Shown here piece after piece: positions 56,926 through 64,000 of a stretch of DNA of 64,000 nt. The notes under the pieces were generated by a model. It had not been told where the DNA came from. It was given only the letters and a program-made list of their open reading frames with translations, and did no database searches. The stretch covers positions 68,219 through 132,218 of the forward strand of contig CAZXQA010000001.1 in the NCBI GenBank assembly GCA_964642835.1, given 5' to 3'. Made by a program: the position numbers and the translations under genes. Position 1 is the stretch's first letter, and the number at the start of each line of letters is the position of its first letter. The DNA comes from an uncultured Candidatus Saccharibacteria bacterium. GTDB lineage: Bacteria; Patescibacteriota; Minisyncoccia; Phycocordibacterales; Zambryskibacteraceae.

Positions 56926-57018
56926 ATCTAATTTATATTTCATTTTTCTGCCGGTACAGATTTTGACACCGTGTAATCTTTAATGTATTTTTCTCCGTGG
57001 AAAGAGGGGTGATCTGAG

Positions 57019-57531
57019 ATGATCAAAGATGCCGATACTGAAGCTTTCTTCCTGAAGGCAATGCGTTCGGGCTATGCCGGCGGCGGTGTGGGGAAGACCA
57101 TGACTCTGCCGGACGTGAGGCCAAGCACCAAGGAGATCCGATATGTTCTTGGGGACTGGCTTCTCATCGACGAGTGGAACGTCAATCGGGATACGAACAA
57201 GTCCACTGGCGTGACACGCATCTGGCACGATGGCACACTCGTCTGGTGCATGAGTTATGGCGGGTATTACCCGGACTCTGTGACCAGATTCCTCAAGGTG
57301 GCACTTCGTCATCAGTACTCTTGTGAGGGCTCCTTCAAAGGTGGTCGTGGCCCCGTGCGATGCGTGGCTTCTGATCTTCTCTTTTCTGAAGAACCCGGTC
57401 TCGTCTACACGAACGAGTGCCACGGTAATTTTTGGCACTTCAGTGGCAAGGAAAGGATTTTTGCCCCACAGCTCCTCGCAGGCGATGCGGTGATCGGTTA
57501 CCACGATTACTGGGGCATGAGCCTTCTCTAG
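57019..57531 (+). CDS. hypothetical protein (DUF5680-like)
   Basis: AM..GYAGGG, VWCMSYGG, FLKVAL, GRGP, G.F..FSGKE.I pattern. Confidence 0.6.
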   Translation: MIKDADTEAFFLKAMRSGYAGGGVGKTMTLPDVRPSTKEIRYVLGDWLLIDEWNVNRDTNKSTGVTRIWHDGTLVWCMSYGGYYPDSVTRFLKVALRHQYSCEGSFKGGRGPVRCVASDLLFSEEPGLVYTNECHGNFWHFSGKERIFAPQLLAGDAVIGYHDYWGMSLL

Positions 57532-57640
57532 CTCGCATGAATGGGCGCATTTCCTTCGGGGAGTGCGCCCATTATTTTTTTGATTTCTATATGTAAAACC
57601 GGTTCCCGCACAAGGCGGAAACCGGTTAGGTGGGTGATGT

Positions 57641-57868
57641 CTAGCGCTTCTGCATGATGGAGCTCATCTCCTCAAAGATGTCTCCCAGTACAGGCTTCAG
57701 TGCCTTGTACCATAGGGCGCACATGCTCAGGTACACGGTGCTGTAGATGAAGATCTCAGCGAGGCCCCACGTACCCACCCAGACCTTCCAGAAGCTCATT
57801 CCCACGAAGCTGAGGGTGATGACACCGAAGGTTTTCTTCTTTTTGATGAACCCGACGAGTCTCTTCAT
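57641..57868 (-). CDS. small hypothetical 2-TM protein
   Basis: GGGAG SD before MKRLVGFI. Confidence 0.55.
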   Translation of the reverse strand: MKRLVGFIKKKKTFGVITLSFVGMSFWKVWVGTWGLAEIFIYSTVYLSMCALWYKALKPVLGDIFEEMSSIMQKR

Positions 57869-57968
57869 AGAACGCTCCCGGACCACTTTACCTAAAAACT
57901 TTCGACTTGCAAAAGTCGTGGTTTAAGCGTAATACGGATAGAGACTCGTCTAGGAGAGGGAGAGGCGC

Positions 57969-58253
57969 ATGCTTAAGGTGCTTATTGTAGCTCTCGGGAT
58001 CGTTTCCACATTCACATTCGAAGTCTGGCAGAGAACCGACGAATTGCGCAAGGAGATAGCGGCCTTGCAATTGAAAGACGCTCGACAGGATGATGTTCGC
58101 AGCGCCGAATGGGTGGCCGAGGTGCTCGCGCGTTACCCGGAGAAGGATCTTGCCCGTGATCTCTGCATGGAAGGGAATCCACCAAGGCCCATCACTAACC
58201 CCCTCGATAGGGAGTACATGCTCTACTCCTTCGTGCGACAAAAGATAGACTGA
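57969..58253 (+). CDS. small hypothetical membrane-anchored protein
   Basis: GAGG SD, N-terminal TM, terminator at about 58260-58290. Confidence 0.55.
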   Translation: MLKVLIVALGIVSTFTFEVWQRTDELRKEIAALQLKDARQDDVRSAEWVAEVLARYPEKDLARDLCMEGNPPRPITNPLDREYMLYSFVRQKID

Positions 58254-58336
58254 TTCTAAGGGCGGCTCCTCCGGAGCCGCCCTTTTTTATTGCATAAATA
58301 AAAAGCTGACACGCGGGGCGCATGTCAGCTTCGTGT

Positions 58337-58627
58337 CTATCTTTTCCTGGAACTGTGAAGTTCCCGATACGGAATCCCATCGAACCAGTCCAAGAATGGC
58401 GCGATGGGGTATTTCCACAGGAGTCCCAGAGAAAGGGTGACCAGGAACCCGCCGAGGATGTGCCAGAGGAGGTGTTCGTATCCGCTTCTTGTTGCCGCGA
58501 ATCCAACGATCTCGTGGAATTTCTCATCCTTGATGAGACTCCACCAGACGAGGATGGGTGTGAAAACGAGGAAGTGCAGGATTGCCCCGACTGCACTCAT
58601 ATTGAAGAACCTGAGTAAGGTCGCCAT
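58337..58627 (-). CDS. small hypothetical 2-TM protein
   Basis: AGGAGG SD before MATLLRFF. Confidence 0.55.
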   Translation of the reverse strand: MATLLRFFNMSAVGAILHFLVFTPILVWWSLIKDEKFHEIVGFAATRSGYEHLLWHILGGFLVTLSLGLLWKYPIAPFLDWFDGIPYRELHSSRKR

Positions 58628-58724
58628 AGAGCCTCCTGAATGGTCTGGGGCCACTGTACCTCAAATATCCTTCTCCTTCAATCCCTACTTGCAAACCTCG
58701 GGAAATACGGTAATCTAATAGCCT

Positions 58725-58898
58725 ATGTCACAGAAGCACCTCATCAAGCTTGTCTCCGTCGGAGACGCCAGGGGCGTGGGCAAAGGCCACACGTATTATT
58801 CGACCAAGAACAAGAAGTCCGTTGAGCGCAAGATCGAGCTCAAGAAGTACAACCCCGTTGCAAGGAAGCACACGATCTATAAGGAAAAGAAAGCCTAA
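58725..58898 (+). CDS. rpmG: 50S ribosomal protein L33 (Cys-free form)
   Basis: Manual translation MSQKHLIKLVSVGDARGVGKGHTYYSTKNKKSVERKIELKKYNPVARKHTIYKEKKA; missed by the ORF track. Confidence 0.95.
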   Translation: MSQKHLIKLVSVGDARGVGKGHTYYSTKNKKSVERKIELKKYNPVARKHTIYKEKKA

Positions 58899-58957
58899 CA
58901 AAAATCCCTCCAATTGGAGGGATTTTTGTTTAACGCTGTGTTAGGATAATCGCGTTG

Positions 58958-59028
58958 GGGCGATTAGTTTAATGGTAGAACAGCGGCCTCCAAATCCGCT
59001 GGTGGGGGTTCGATTCCCTCATCGCCCG
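58958..59028 (+). tRNA. tRNA-Trp(CCA)
   Basis: GGGCGAT/ATCGCCC, CT-CCA-AA, GGTTCGATTCC, G73. Confidence 0.92.
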
Positions 59029-59031
59029 CCG

Positions 59032-59643
59032 ATGAATATTCTCTTCGATGTCGAGCAACTTCTAAGAACGTACGGTTATGTTGGCGTGTTTCTGATCGTC
59101 TTTCTCGAATCCGGCATCTTCTTCGCGCTCCCCGGGGACTCACTTCTCTTTACCGCGGGGCTCTTCGCCTCTCTTTCGGGACTCAATCTCTTTATTCTTA
59201 TTCCCGCCATCTTCCTCGCTACGTTCCTGGGCGGATTGGTTGGATATCGGATCGGGGTCTATATCGAGAGCCTGCATCGATACGCCTTCTTTCGCAAAAT
59301 TTTGAAGCCGGAGTACATCGCCAAGGCGCATGAGTTCTTCGTGGAGCACGGTAAGGGCGCCATTCTTATTTCTCGCTTCGTGCCGCTTATGCGTACCTTC
59401 GCTCCGATCGCCGCAGGGATCGCGCGGATGCCACACGCCAAGTTCGTGCGCTACAGCTTCTTCTCCTCGCTTCTCTGGTCGCTCTCAATTACCCTTTTGG
59501 GATATTTCTTAGGGCAGATCTTCCCGCAGATTACCAACTATCTCCACTTCGTCGTTATCGGAATCGTCGTTGTCTCTCTTATTCCATTTCTGACAGAATG
59601 GCTGCGTAGGCGTCTGAAGCGCTCGCGAACCACCGGATCTTAG
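59032..59643 (+). CDS. DedA family membrane protein
   Basis: FLESG, LPGDSLLFTAG, ISRFVPLMRTFAPIAAG. Confidence 0.93.
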   Translation: MNILFDVEQLLRTYGYVGVFLIVFLESGIFFALPGDSLLFTAGLFASLSGLNLFILIPAIFLATFLGGLVGYRIGVYIESLHRYAFFRKILKPEYIAKAHEFFVEHGKGAILISRFVPLMRTFAPIAAGIARMPHAKFVRYSFFSSLLWSLSITLLGYFLGQIFPQITNYLHFVVIGIVVVSLIPFLTEWLRRRLKRSRTTGS

Positions 59644-60436
59644 AGTTGCGTTTGAACCACGTCATCTGACGACGAGCGTACTGGCGAATGGCGGTATTGA
59701 GTTCCTCAACAAATTCTTTCCTACTCAATTTCTTTTGGAGATAGAGAGAAGCGAAGCGGTATTCGAGGCCGAGATCCTGAGCGCGTTTCTTGGAGAGTTT
59801 TTTTGTCTCGCGGATAATCCCGGGGATTCTGTCGAGTAATCTTTTATAAATTCTTTTCTCGAGGTCTGTGGGGTAGAGGCCGATGTAGACACAATCTTTC
59901 CTTGCCTTCTTTGTATCAAGAGAGGGAACCTTCCCTAGCGCCGCGACAATCTCAAGCGCGCGAATGACTCTCACTTTATTTCGCCAATCAATCTGCTTCG
60001 CGCGGGCGGGATCTTTTTTCTTGAGCTGTTTATAAAGCGTTTCTGCAGAAAGCTTTTCTAACTCTTTGCGCAGTTTCTTGTTCGGTGGGACTTCCGGCAA
60101 CACAAAGCCGTGGCAGAGAGCGTCGATATAGAAGCCCGTGCCGCCAACGACAACAGGGAGCTTCTCGCGCCTCTGGATATCTTCGAGAGCCTCGTTTGCA
60201 AGAGTTTGGTACTCTGCCACGCTGAATTGCTTCTTAGGGTCGGCGACGTCGAGGAGGTGGTGGGGGATGCCGCGCATCTCTTTCTGTGTTACCTTGCCAG
60301 TGCCGATGTTTAATCCTTTATATACTTGTCGCGAATCGGCGGAAATAACTTCGCCCTTAAGTTTCTTCGCCAGGCGAATAGCCAGGGCACTCTTGCCCGA
60401 GGCGGTCGGACCCACTATGGCTAAAACCTTCTTCAT
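59579..60436 (-). CDS. miaA: tRNA dimethylallyltransferase
   Basis: GPTASGKS, ISADSRQVYKG, HHLLD, VGGTGFY, YARRQMTWF; start MKKVL at 60436. Confidence 0.96.
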   Translation of the reverse strand: MKKVLAIVGPTASGKSALAIRLAKKLKGEVISADSRQVYKGLNIGTGKVTQKEMRGIPHHLLDVADPKKQFSVAEYQTLANEALEDIQRREKLPVVVGGTGFYIDALCHGFVLPEVPPNKKLRKELEKLSAETLYKQLKKKDPARAKQIDWRNKVRVIRALEIVAALGKVPSLDTKKARKDCVYIGLYPTDLEKRIYKRLLDRIPGIIRETKKLSKKRAQDLGLEYRFASLYLQKKLSRKEFVEELNTAIRQYARRQMTWFKRNSKIRWFASASDAYAAILSEME

Positions 60437-60440
60437 ATCT

Positions 60441-60524
60441 TGGTGCCGGAGAGAGGACTCGAACCTCCACCCCTTTCGGAACACGATTTTGAGTCGTGCG
60501 CGTCTACCATTCCGCCACTCCGGC
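60441..60524 (-). tRNA. tRNA-Leu(CAA)
   Basis: GCCGGAG/CTCCGGC, CT-CAA-AA, long variable arm, CCA encoded. Confidence 0.95.
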
Positions 60525-60525
60525 A

Positions 60526-60765
60526 TTAATTGAAATGACCCTTAAGAAACTCTTTACCTTCTCCAGTTTTAAACCATTTTTCTCTTGCACGTGCACTTAT
60601 TCTATCGGGGAATCTTTCTGTGTACAGTAAGGTAAACGGAGCGTATGGCTTTGTTGTCTTATTGCTTCCTGAATTATGCTGACCAAATCTTCTCTCTAAG
60701 TTGTCGGAAATTCCCACGTACAGGTAGCGCCTATTTAAGCTTTTAAGTACGTAGACAAAGTACAT
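60526..60765 (-). CDS. small GIY-YIG nuclease family protein
   Basis: YFVYVLKS...YLYVGISDNLERRFGQHNSG...TK...A.AREK.FK; AT-rich relative to neighbours. Confidence 0.92.
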   Translation of the reverse strand: MYFVYVLKSLNRRYLYVGISDNLERRFGQHNSGSNKTTKPYAPFTLLYTERFPDRISARAREKWFKTGEGKEFLKGHFN

Positions 60766-60778
60766 AATTCTCCGCCAC

Positions 60779-60798
60779 CCTGCCTGCCGGCAGGCAGG
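60779..60798. repeat. 20-bp palindrome, copy 2 (inside a duplicated tRNA-Leu 5' end)
   Basis: TCCGCCAC[CCTGCCTGCCGGCAGGCAGG]TCCGGCA versus TCCGCCACTCCGGCA at 60511-60525. Confidence 0.95.
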
Positions 60799-60850
60799 TC
60801 CGGCAATGAACTTCTACAAATTACCTTAATTTGGTGCTAAAATCTAGCAC

Positions 60851-61867
60851 ATGTCACAGTTCTACAACGACTCTATTTTCTGGATTGAGGTCGACAAGAT
60901 TAAACCCAATCCCTACCAACCTCGTCGCGACTTCGACGAAGCACAGTTGAAGTCTCTCTCCGACTCGATCCGCCAATACGGCGTGCTGCAGGCTCTTGTC
61001 GTGACGCGTAAGGAGTTCGAGAAGCCAGAGGGCGGCCTTGGTGTCGAGTACGAACTCGTGGCGGGCGAGCGTCGTCTCCGCGCTTCGAAGTTGGCTGGTC
61101 TCCAGCAGGTGCCGGTGCTTATTAGGAGCGCCGAGGACACCGACCTCATGAAGCTCGAGCTTGCCATCATCGAGAACATCCAGCGCGAAGATCTCTCGCC
61201 GGTAGATCGCGCCCATGCCTTCGACCGTCTTGTCAAAGAGTTCAGTCTCACTCACGCCGAGGTGGGTCGCAAGGTCGGCAAGAGTCGCGAATATGTCTCG
61301 AACACGCTTCGCATTCTCATGCTCCCGGAGTACATCCTCGCCGCGCTCTCAGAAGGGAAGATTACGGAAGGTCATACTCGTCCGCTCATGATGCTTATCG
61401 AGCGCCCTCAGGAGCAGGAAACGCTCTTTAAAGAAATTATTTTCAAGAAGTTAAACGTACGCGAATCCGAGAACATCGCGCGCAACATTGCCGTCGAGCG
61501 CGCTCGCAAACTTGTTGACCAAGAGCTTATCGAGATCGAAGGTCAGTTCAAGGAGCGTCTTGGGACGCGCGTTCGAATCGAGAAGAAGCCTACTCGCGCG
61601 GGCGAGCCGAGTGATGATGGTGGGGTACTGAAGATCGACTTCTTCAACAAAGAAGATTTGCGCACCATCCTTGAGCGCCTCGCCGCCGAAGTGAGCGCGC
61701 GAGCTGAGGCAGTGCCGGAGGCCGCGATGGAGCAGGAAGCTGCCACTGTTGCCGAGGAGGCAAGGCCCCTGACCGATGAGGAGAAGATTATGGCCGAGGA
61801 CAAGCCGCAGGCTGAGCAGGAGAATGAAGATGAGAATCTCTATTCCGTCTCAAATTTCAGTATCTAA
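60851..61867 (+). CDS. parB: ParB/Spo0J partition protein
   Basis: PNPYQPRRDF, LVAGERRLRAS, ENIQREDL, HTH VGKSREYVSNTLR. Confidence 0.95.
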   Translation: MSQFYNDSIFWIEVDKIKPNPYQPRRDFDEAQLKSLSDSIRQYGVLQALVVTRKEFEKPEGGLGVEYELVAGERRLRASKLAGLQQVPVLIRSAEDTDLMKLELAIIENIQREDLSPVDRAHAFDRLVKEFSLTHAEVGRKVGKSREYVSNTLRILMLPEYILAALSEGKITEGHTRPLMMLIERPQEQETLFKEIIFKKLNVRESENIARNIAVERARKLVDQELIEIEGQFKERLGTRVRIEKKPTRAGEPSDDGGVLKIDFFNKEDLRTILERLAAEVSARAEAVPEAAMEQEAATVAEEARPLTDEEKIMAEDKPQAEQENEDENLYSVSNFSI

Positions 61868-61958
61868 GCCGTTTTCTAGGGCTTGACTTTTTGATATTAA
61901 GTGTGATATAATACAGATAGAACGTTCGGGATTTACCCGAATGACTTTGGAGGTTCGA

Positions 61959-62174
61959 ATGCAACTCGAAACAATTGTGCGTCGCACAGGAATGGTTTTG
62001 ACCGAGCAAACGGCTCCAGAACATGTCCGCGCCTGCGTCATCGGCGCGGGGGCTCCCCGGATCGTTTTCGACGGACAGATTTGGGAAGAGCCGGCGAGCC
62101 GACCCGTTGCAACCCAGATTGAAAACGCAATTTACATTGCGCGGCATCTGGGCTTGCCGATCAAGGAATCCTGA
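61959..62174 (+). CDS. small hypothetical protein
   Basis: TTGACT-N18-TATAAT promoter, GGAGG SD, terminator at about 62193-62222. Confidence 0.6.
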   Translation: MQLETIVRRTGMVLTEQTAPEHVRACVIGAGAPRIVFDGQIWEEPASRPVATQIENAIYIARHLGLPIKES

Positions 62175-62218
62175 TTCACGCCCGTCTCAAGAGGCACCCT
62201 TCACCGGGTGCCTTATTT

Positions 62219-64000
62219 TTATTTCGCTTTCTTTTTGAACCCTCTCACCTTCTTTTCTTCTTTCAAAATTTCTAACGCACGTGCAAGGGTAATGGTGTAG
62301 ACGTCATCGGTTTTCAAAGAGCGGAAGTCGGGCTTCGGCTTCGTGTTGTGAGCGATATAAGGACCGAAGCGTCCGACGTTCGCGGTAATTTTCTCACCGG
62401 TCTCCGGATGCGTGCCCAAGGTGCGCGGGAGCGTGAGGTAGACGAGGGCGTCCGCGAGCGTGACACTTCCCACATCTTTGTCCTTCGGGAGGCTGGCTTT
62501 CTTCGCTTTCAATTTCTTTTTCTTATCATCTTCGCCGAGTTGGACATAGGGACCGAAGCGACCTGTTTTAACAAAGACGGAGAGACCTGTTTCTGGATCA
62601 ACGCCGATCGGTTCATCAGGCTTAATCTCCGCGCCGTCGAGAGTGCGAGCTCCCGCGCAGTCCGGGAAGCGTTCGCAAGAGTAGAATTTGCCGCCGCGGC
62701 CGAGTTTGACCACCATGCCAGCGCCGCACGTCGGGCACTTCATATCCTTCGGGGCTTCGCCCATCGTCGTGAGTTTGTCGAGCTTGTCCTTGCTCTTCAC
62801 ATCCTTGAGGAAAGGGCCGTAGAAGTCTTTGAGGGTTTTCTCGTACGTGCGCTTGCCTTCGGCGATCTCGTCGAGCTCGTCTTCCATCTCGGCGGTGAAG
62901 GAGTCGGAAATATAGTTTTGGAAATTGCCTTCCAGGAAGGTGGAGACGACGTCGCCCGTGTCCGTCGGTACGAGAGCTTTGTTCTGCTTCTCCACGTAAC
63001 CTCGATCCTCCAAGGTCTTAATAATAGAGGCGTACGTGGATGGGCGTCCGATGCCGCGCTTCTCCAACTCTTTAATAAGACCGGCTTCGGAGTAGCGGGC
63101 CGGCGGCTCGGTTTGCTTCTCGGTCGAGAGAAGATTCGTGAGAGTGAGCGCTTCGCCTAAGGAGAGCTTCGGGAGGACGACGTCTTCGCTCGCGGAAGCG
63201 GGATCGGCCTTGAGCCAGCCGTCGAACATGACGCGTGAACCGTTGAGATGGAAATCGGGGACCTGCCTGCCGGCAGGCAGGTCGTGTCCTCCTTCAATAT
63301 TGGCCACGACCTTCGTGCGCATCATCTGGGCGTCTTTCATTTGGCTTGAGACGGTGCGGCTCCAGATAAGAGCGTAGAGACGCTGCTGCTCTTCGGTGGC
63401 GCCCGCTTTCATGACGTCGAGGTGGGTGGGACGGATAGCTTCGTGAGCTTCTTGAGCGTTCTTACTCTTCTTGGCAAAGACGTGAGACTCATAGTAGTCG
63501 GCGCCGTAGTGCTTCTTCACCACTGCTTCGATCTGAGTGCGAGCTTGAGCGCCGAGATTGGTCGAGTCAGTACGCATATAGGTAATGTGACCGGCTTCGT
63601 AAAGGCGCTGGGCGACGGACATGGTACGGGAAGGCGACCAACCGAGGCGCGAGGAGGCGGCTTGCTGGATGGTTGAGGTGATGAAAGGCGCGCGTGGACT
63701 TCTGGCGACCTTGGTTTCCTTAATATCGGTGATACTCCAGTCGCCAGCGTTGCCGAGTTTTAAAATCCTCTCGACCTCCTTCTTGTCTGTCGGTTCCGTC
63801 GAGCATGTAAAGTTCATCTCGGCTTGTCCCGCAGAGCCTTGGCGGAGTAGGGCGGTGATGACCCAGAAGGTTGTCGGAGTGAAGGCGCGGATCTCACGCT
63901 CACGCTCCATAATGATGCGCAGCGCCGGAGACTGCACGCGGCCGGCGGAGAGGCCGTAGCGGACCTTCTTCCAAATAAGGCCCGAGAGATCGTACCCGAC
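62219..64000 (-). CDS. topA: DNA topoisomerase I (5' part outside the window)
   Basis: SAGRVQS, AQRLYE, ITYMRTDS (catalytic Tyr), AQEAHEAIRPT, GIGRPSTY, Zn ribbon, GRFGPY repeats. Confidence 0.97.
   Translation of the reverse strand, partial: VGYDLSGLIWKKVRYGLSAGRVQSPALRIIMEREREIRAFTPTTFWVITALLRQGSAGQAEMNFTCSTEPTDKKEVERILKLGNAGDWSITDIKETKVARSPRAPFITSTIQQAASSRLGWSPSRTMSVAQRLYEAGHITYMRTDSTNLGAQARTQIEAVVKKHYGADYYESHVFAKKSKNAQEAHEAIRPTHLDVMKAGATEEQQRLYALIWSRTVSSQMKDAQMMRTKVVANIEGGHDLPAGRQVPDFHLNGSRVMFDGWLKADPASASEDVVLPKLSLGEALTLTNLLSTEKQTEPPARYSEAGLIKELEKRGIGRPSTYASIIKTLEDRGYVEKQNKALVPTDTGDVVSTFLEGNFQNYISDSFTAEMEDELDEIAEGKRTYEKTLKDFYGPFLKDVKSKDKLDKLTTMGEAPKDMKCPTCGAGMVVKLGRGGKFYSCERFPDCAGARTLDGAEIKPDEPIGVDPETGLSVFVKTGRFGPYVQLGEDDKKKKLKAKKASLPKDKDVGSVTLADALVYLTLPRTLGTHPETGEKITANVGRFGPYIAHNTKPKPDFRSLKTDDVYTITLARALEILKEEKKVRGFKKKAK
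63260..63283. repeat. palindrome, copy 3 (24-bp perfect, in frame in topA: DLPAGRQV)
   Basis: GACCTGCCTGCCGGCAGGCAGGTC. Confidence 0.95.
63821..63848 (-). repeat. second REP-like hairpin read in frame in topA (LRQGSAGQA)
   Basis: Minus strand CTCCGCCAAGGCTCTGCGGGACAAGCC, CCGC/GCGG stem; single copy in the window. Confidence 0.45.

Noticed and set aside
1-64000. Alternative genetic code (TGA read as Gly or Trp)
   Set aside because: Long core genes are intact in code 11, several ORFs end at TGA just before terminators or promoters (35770, 46394, 62174), and tRNA-Trp has a CCA anticodon.

Overview
64 kb of a reduced bacterial chromosome, most consistent with Patescibacteria/CPR (Parcubacteria-like). 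This is inferred from gene content: tandem TrbC/VirB2-like pilins, short IF2 and SMC, class I LysRS, archaeal-type ProRS, a NusB-NUDIX fusion and no biosynthetic operons. Standard code 11 fits. The window is mostly core genes (lepB, pth, rpsA, gyrA, frr, proS, mreBC-mrdA, greA, lysS, thrS, dnaE, rnhB, nusB, rnc, smc, rnr, infB, clpB, miaA, parB, topA) plus eight tRNAs and many stand-alone orphan genes. The most notable observations are: (1) an unannotated Thr-rich leader peptide (MQFARFNTTTTTTLPWKESVVA) with a complete 1:2/2:3/3:4 attenuator upstream of an editing-domain-less thrS; (2) a small GIY-YIG nuclease gene bracketed by a duplication of the tRNA-Leu 5' end, one copy of which is interrupted by a 20-bp palindrome that also sits in frame inside topA and an iscS-like gene; (3) an island at tRNA-Tyr with serine-recombinase remnants, repeated tRNA-3'-like sites, a TIR + SLATT(DUF4231) candidate defence operon and a tandem PGDYG-like protein; (4) two candidate structured ncRNAs; (5) apparently leaderless core genes versus promoter+SD+terminator orphan cassettes, and ORFs starting 2-4 nt after tRNA 3' ends. 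All family calls come from motif recognition by eye; no searches were run.
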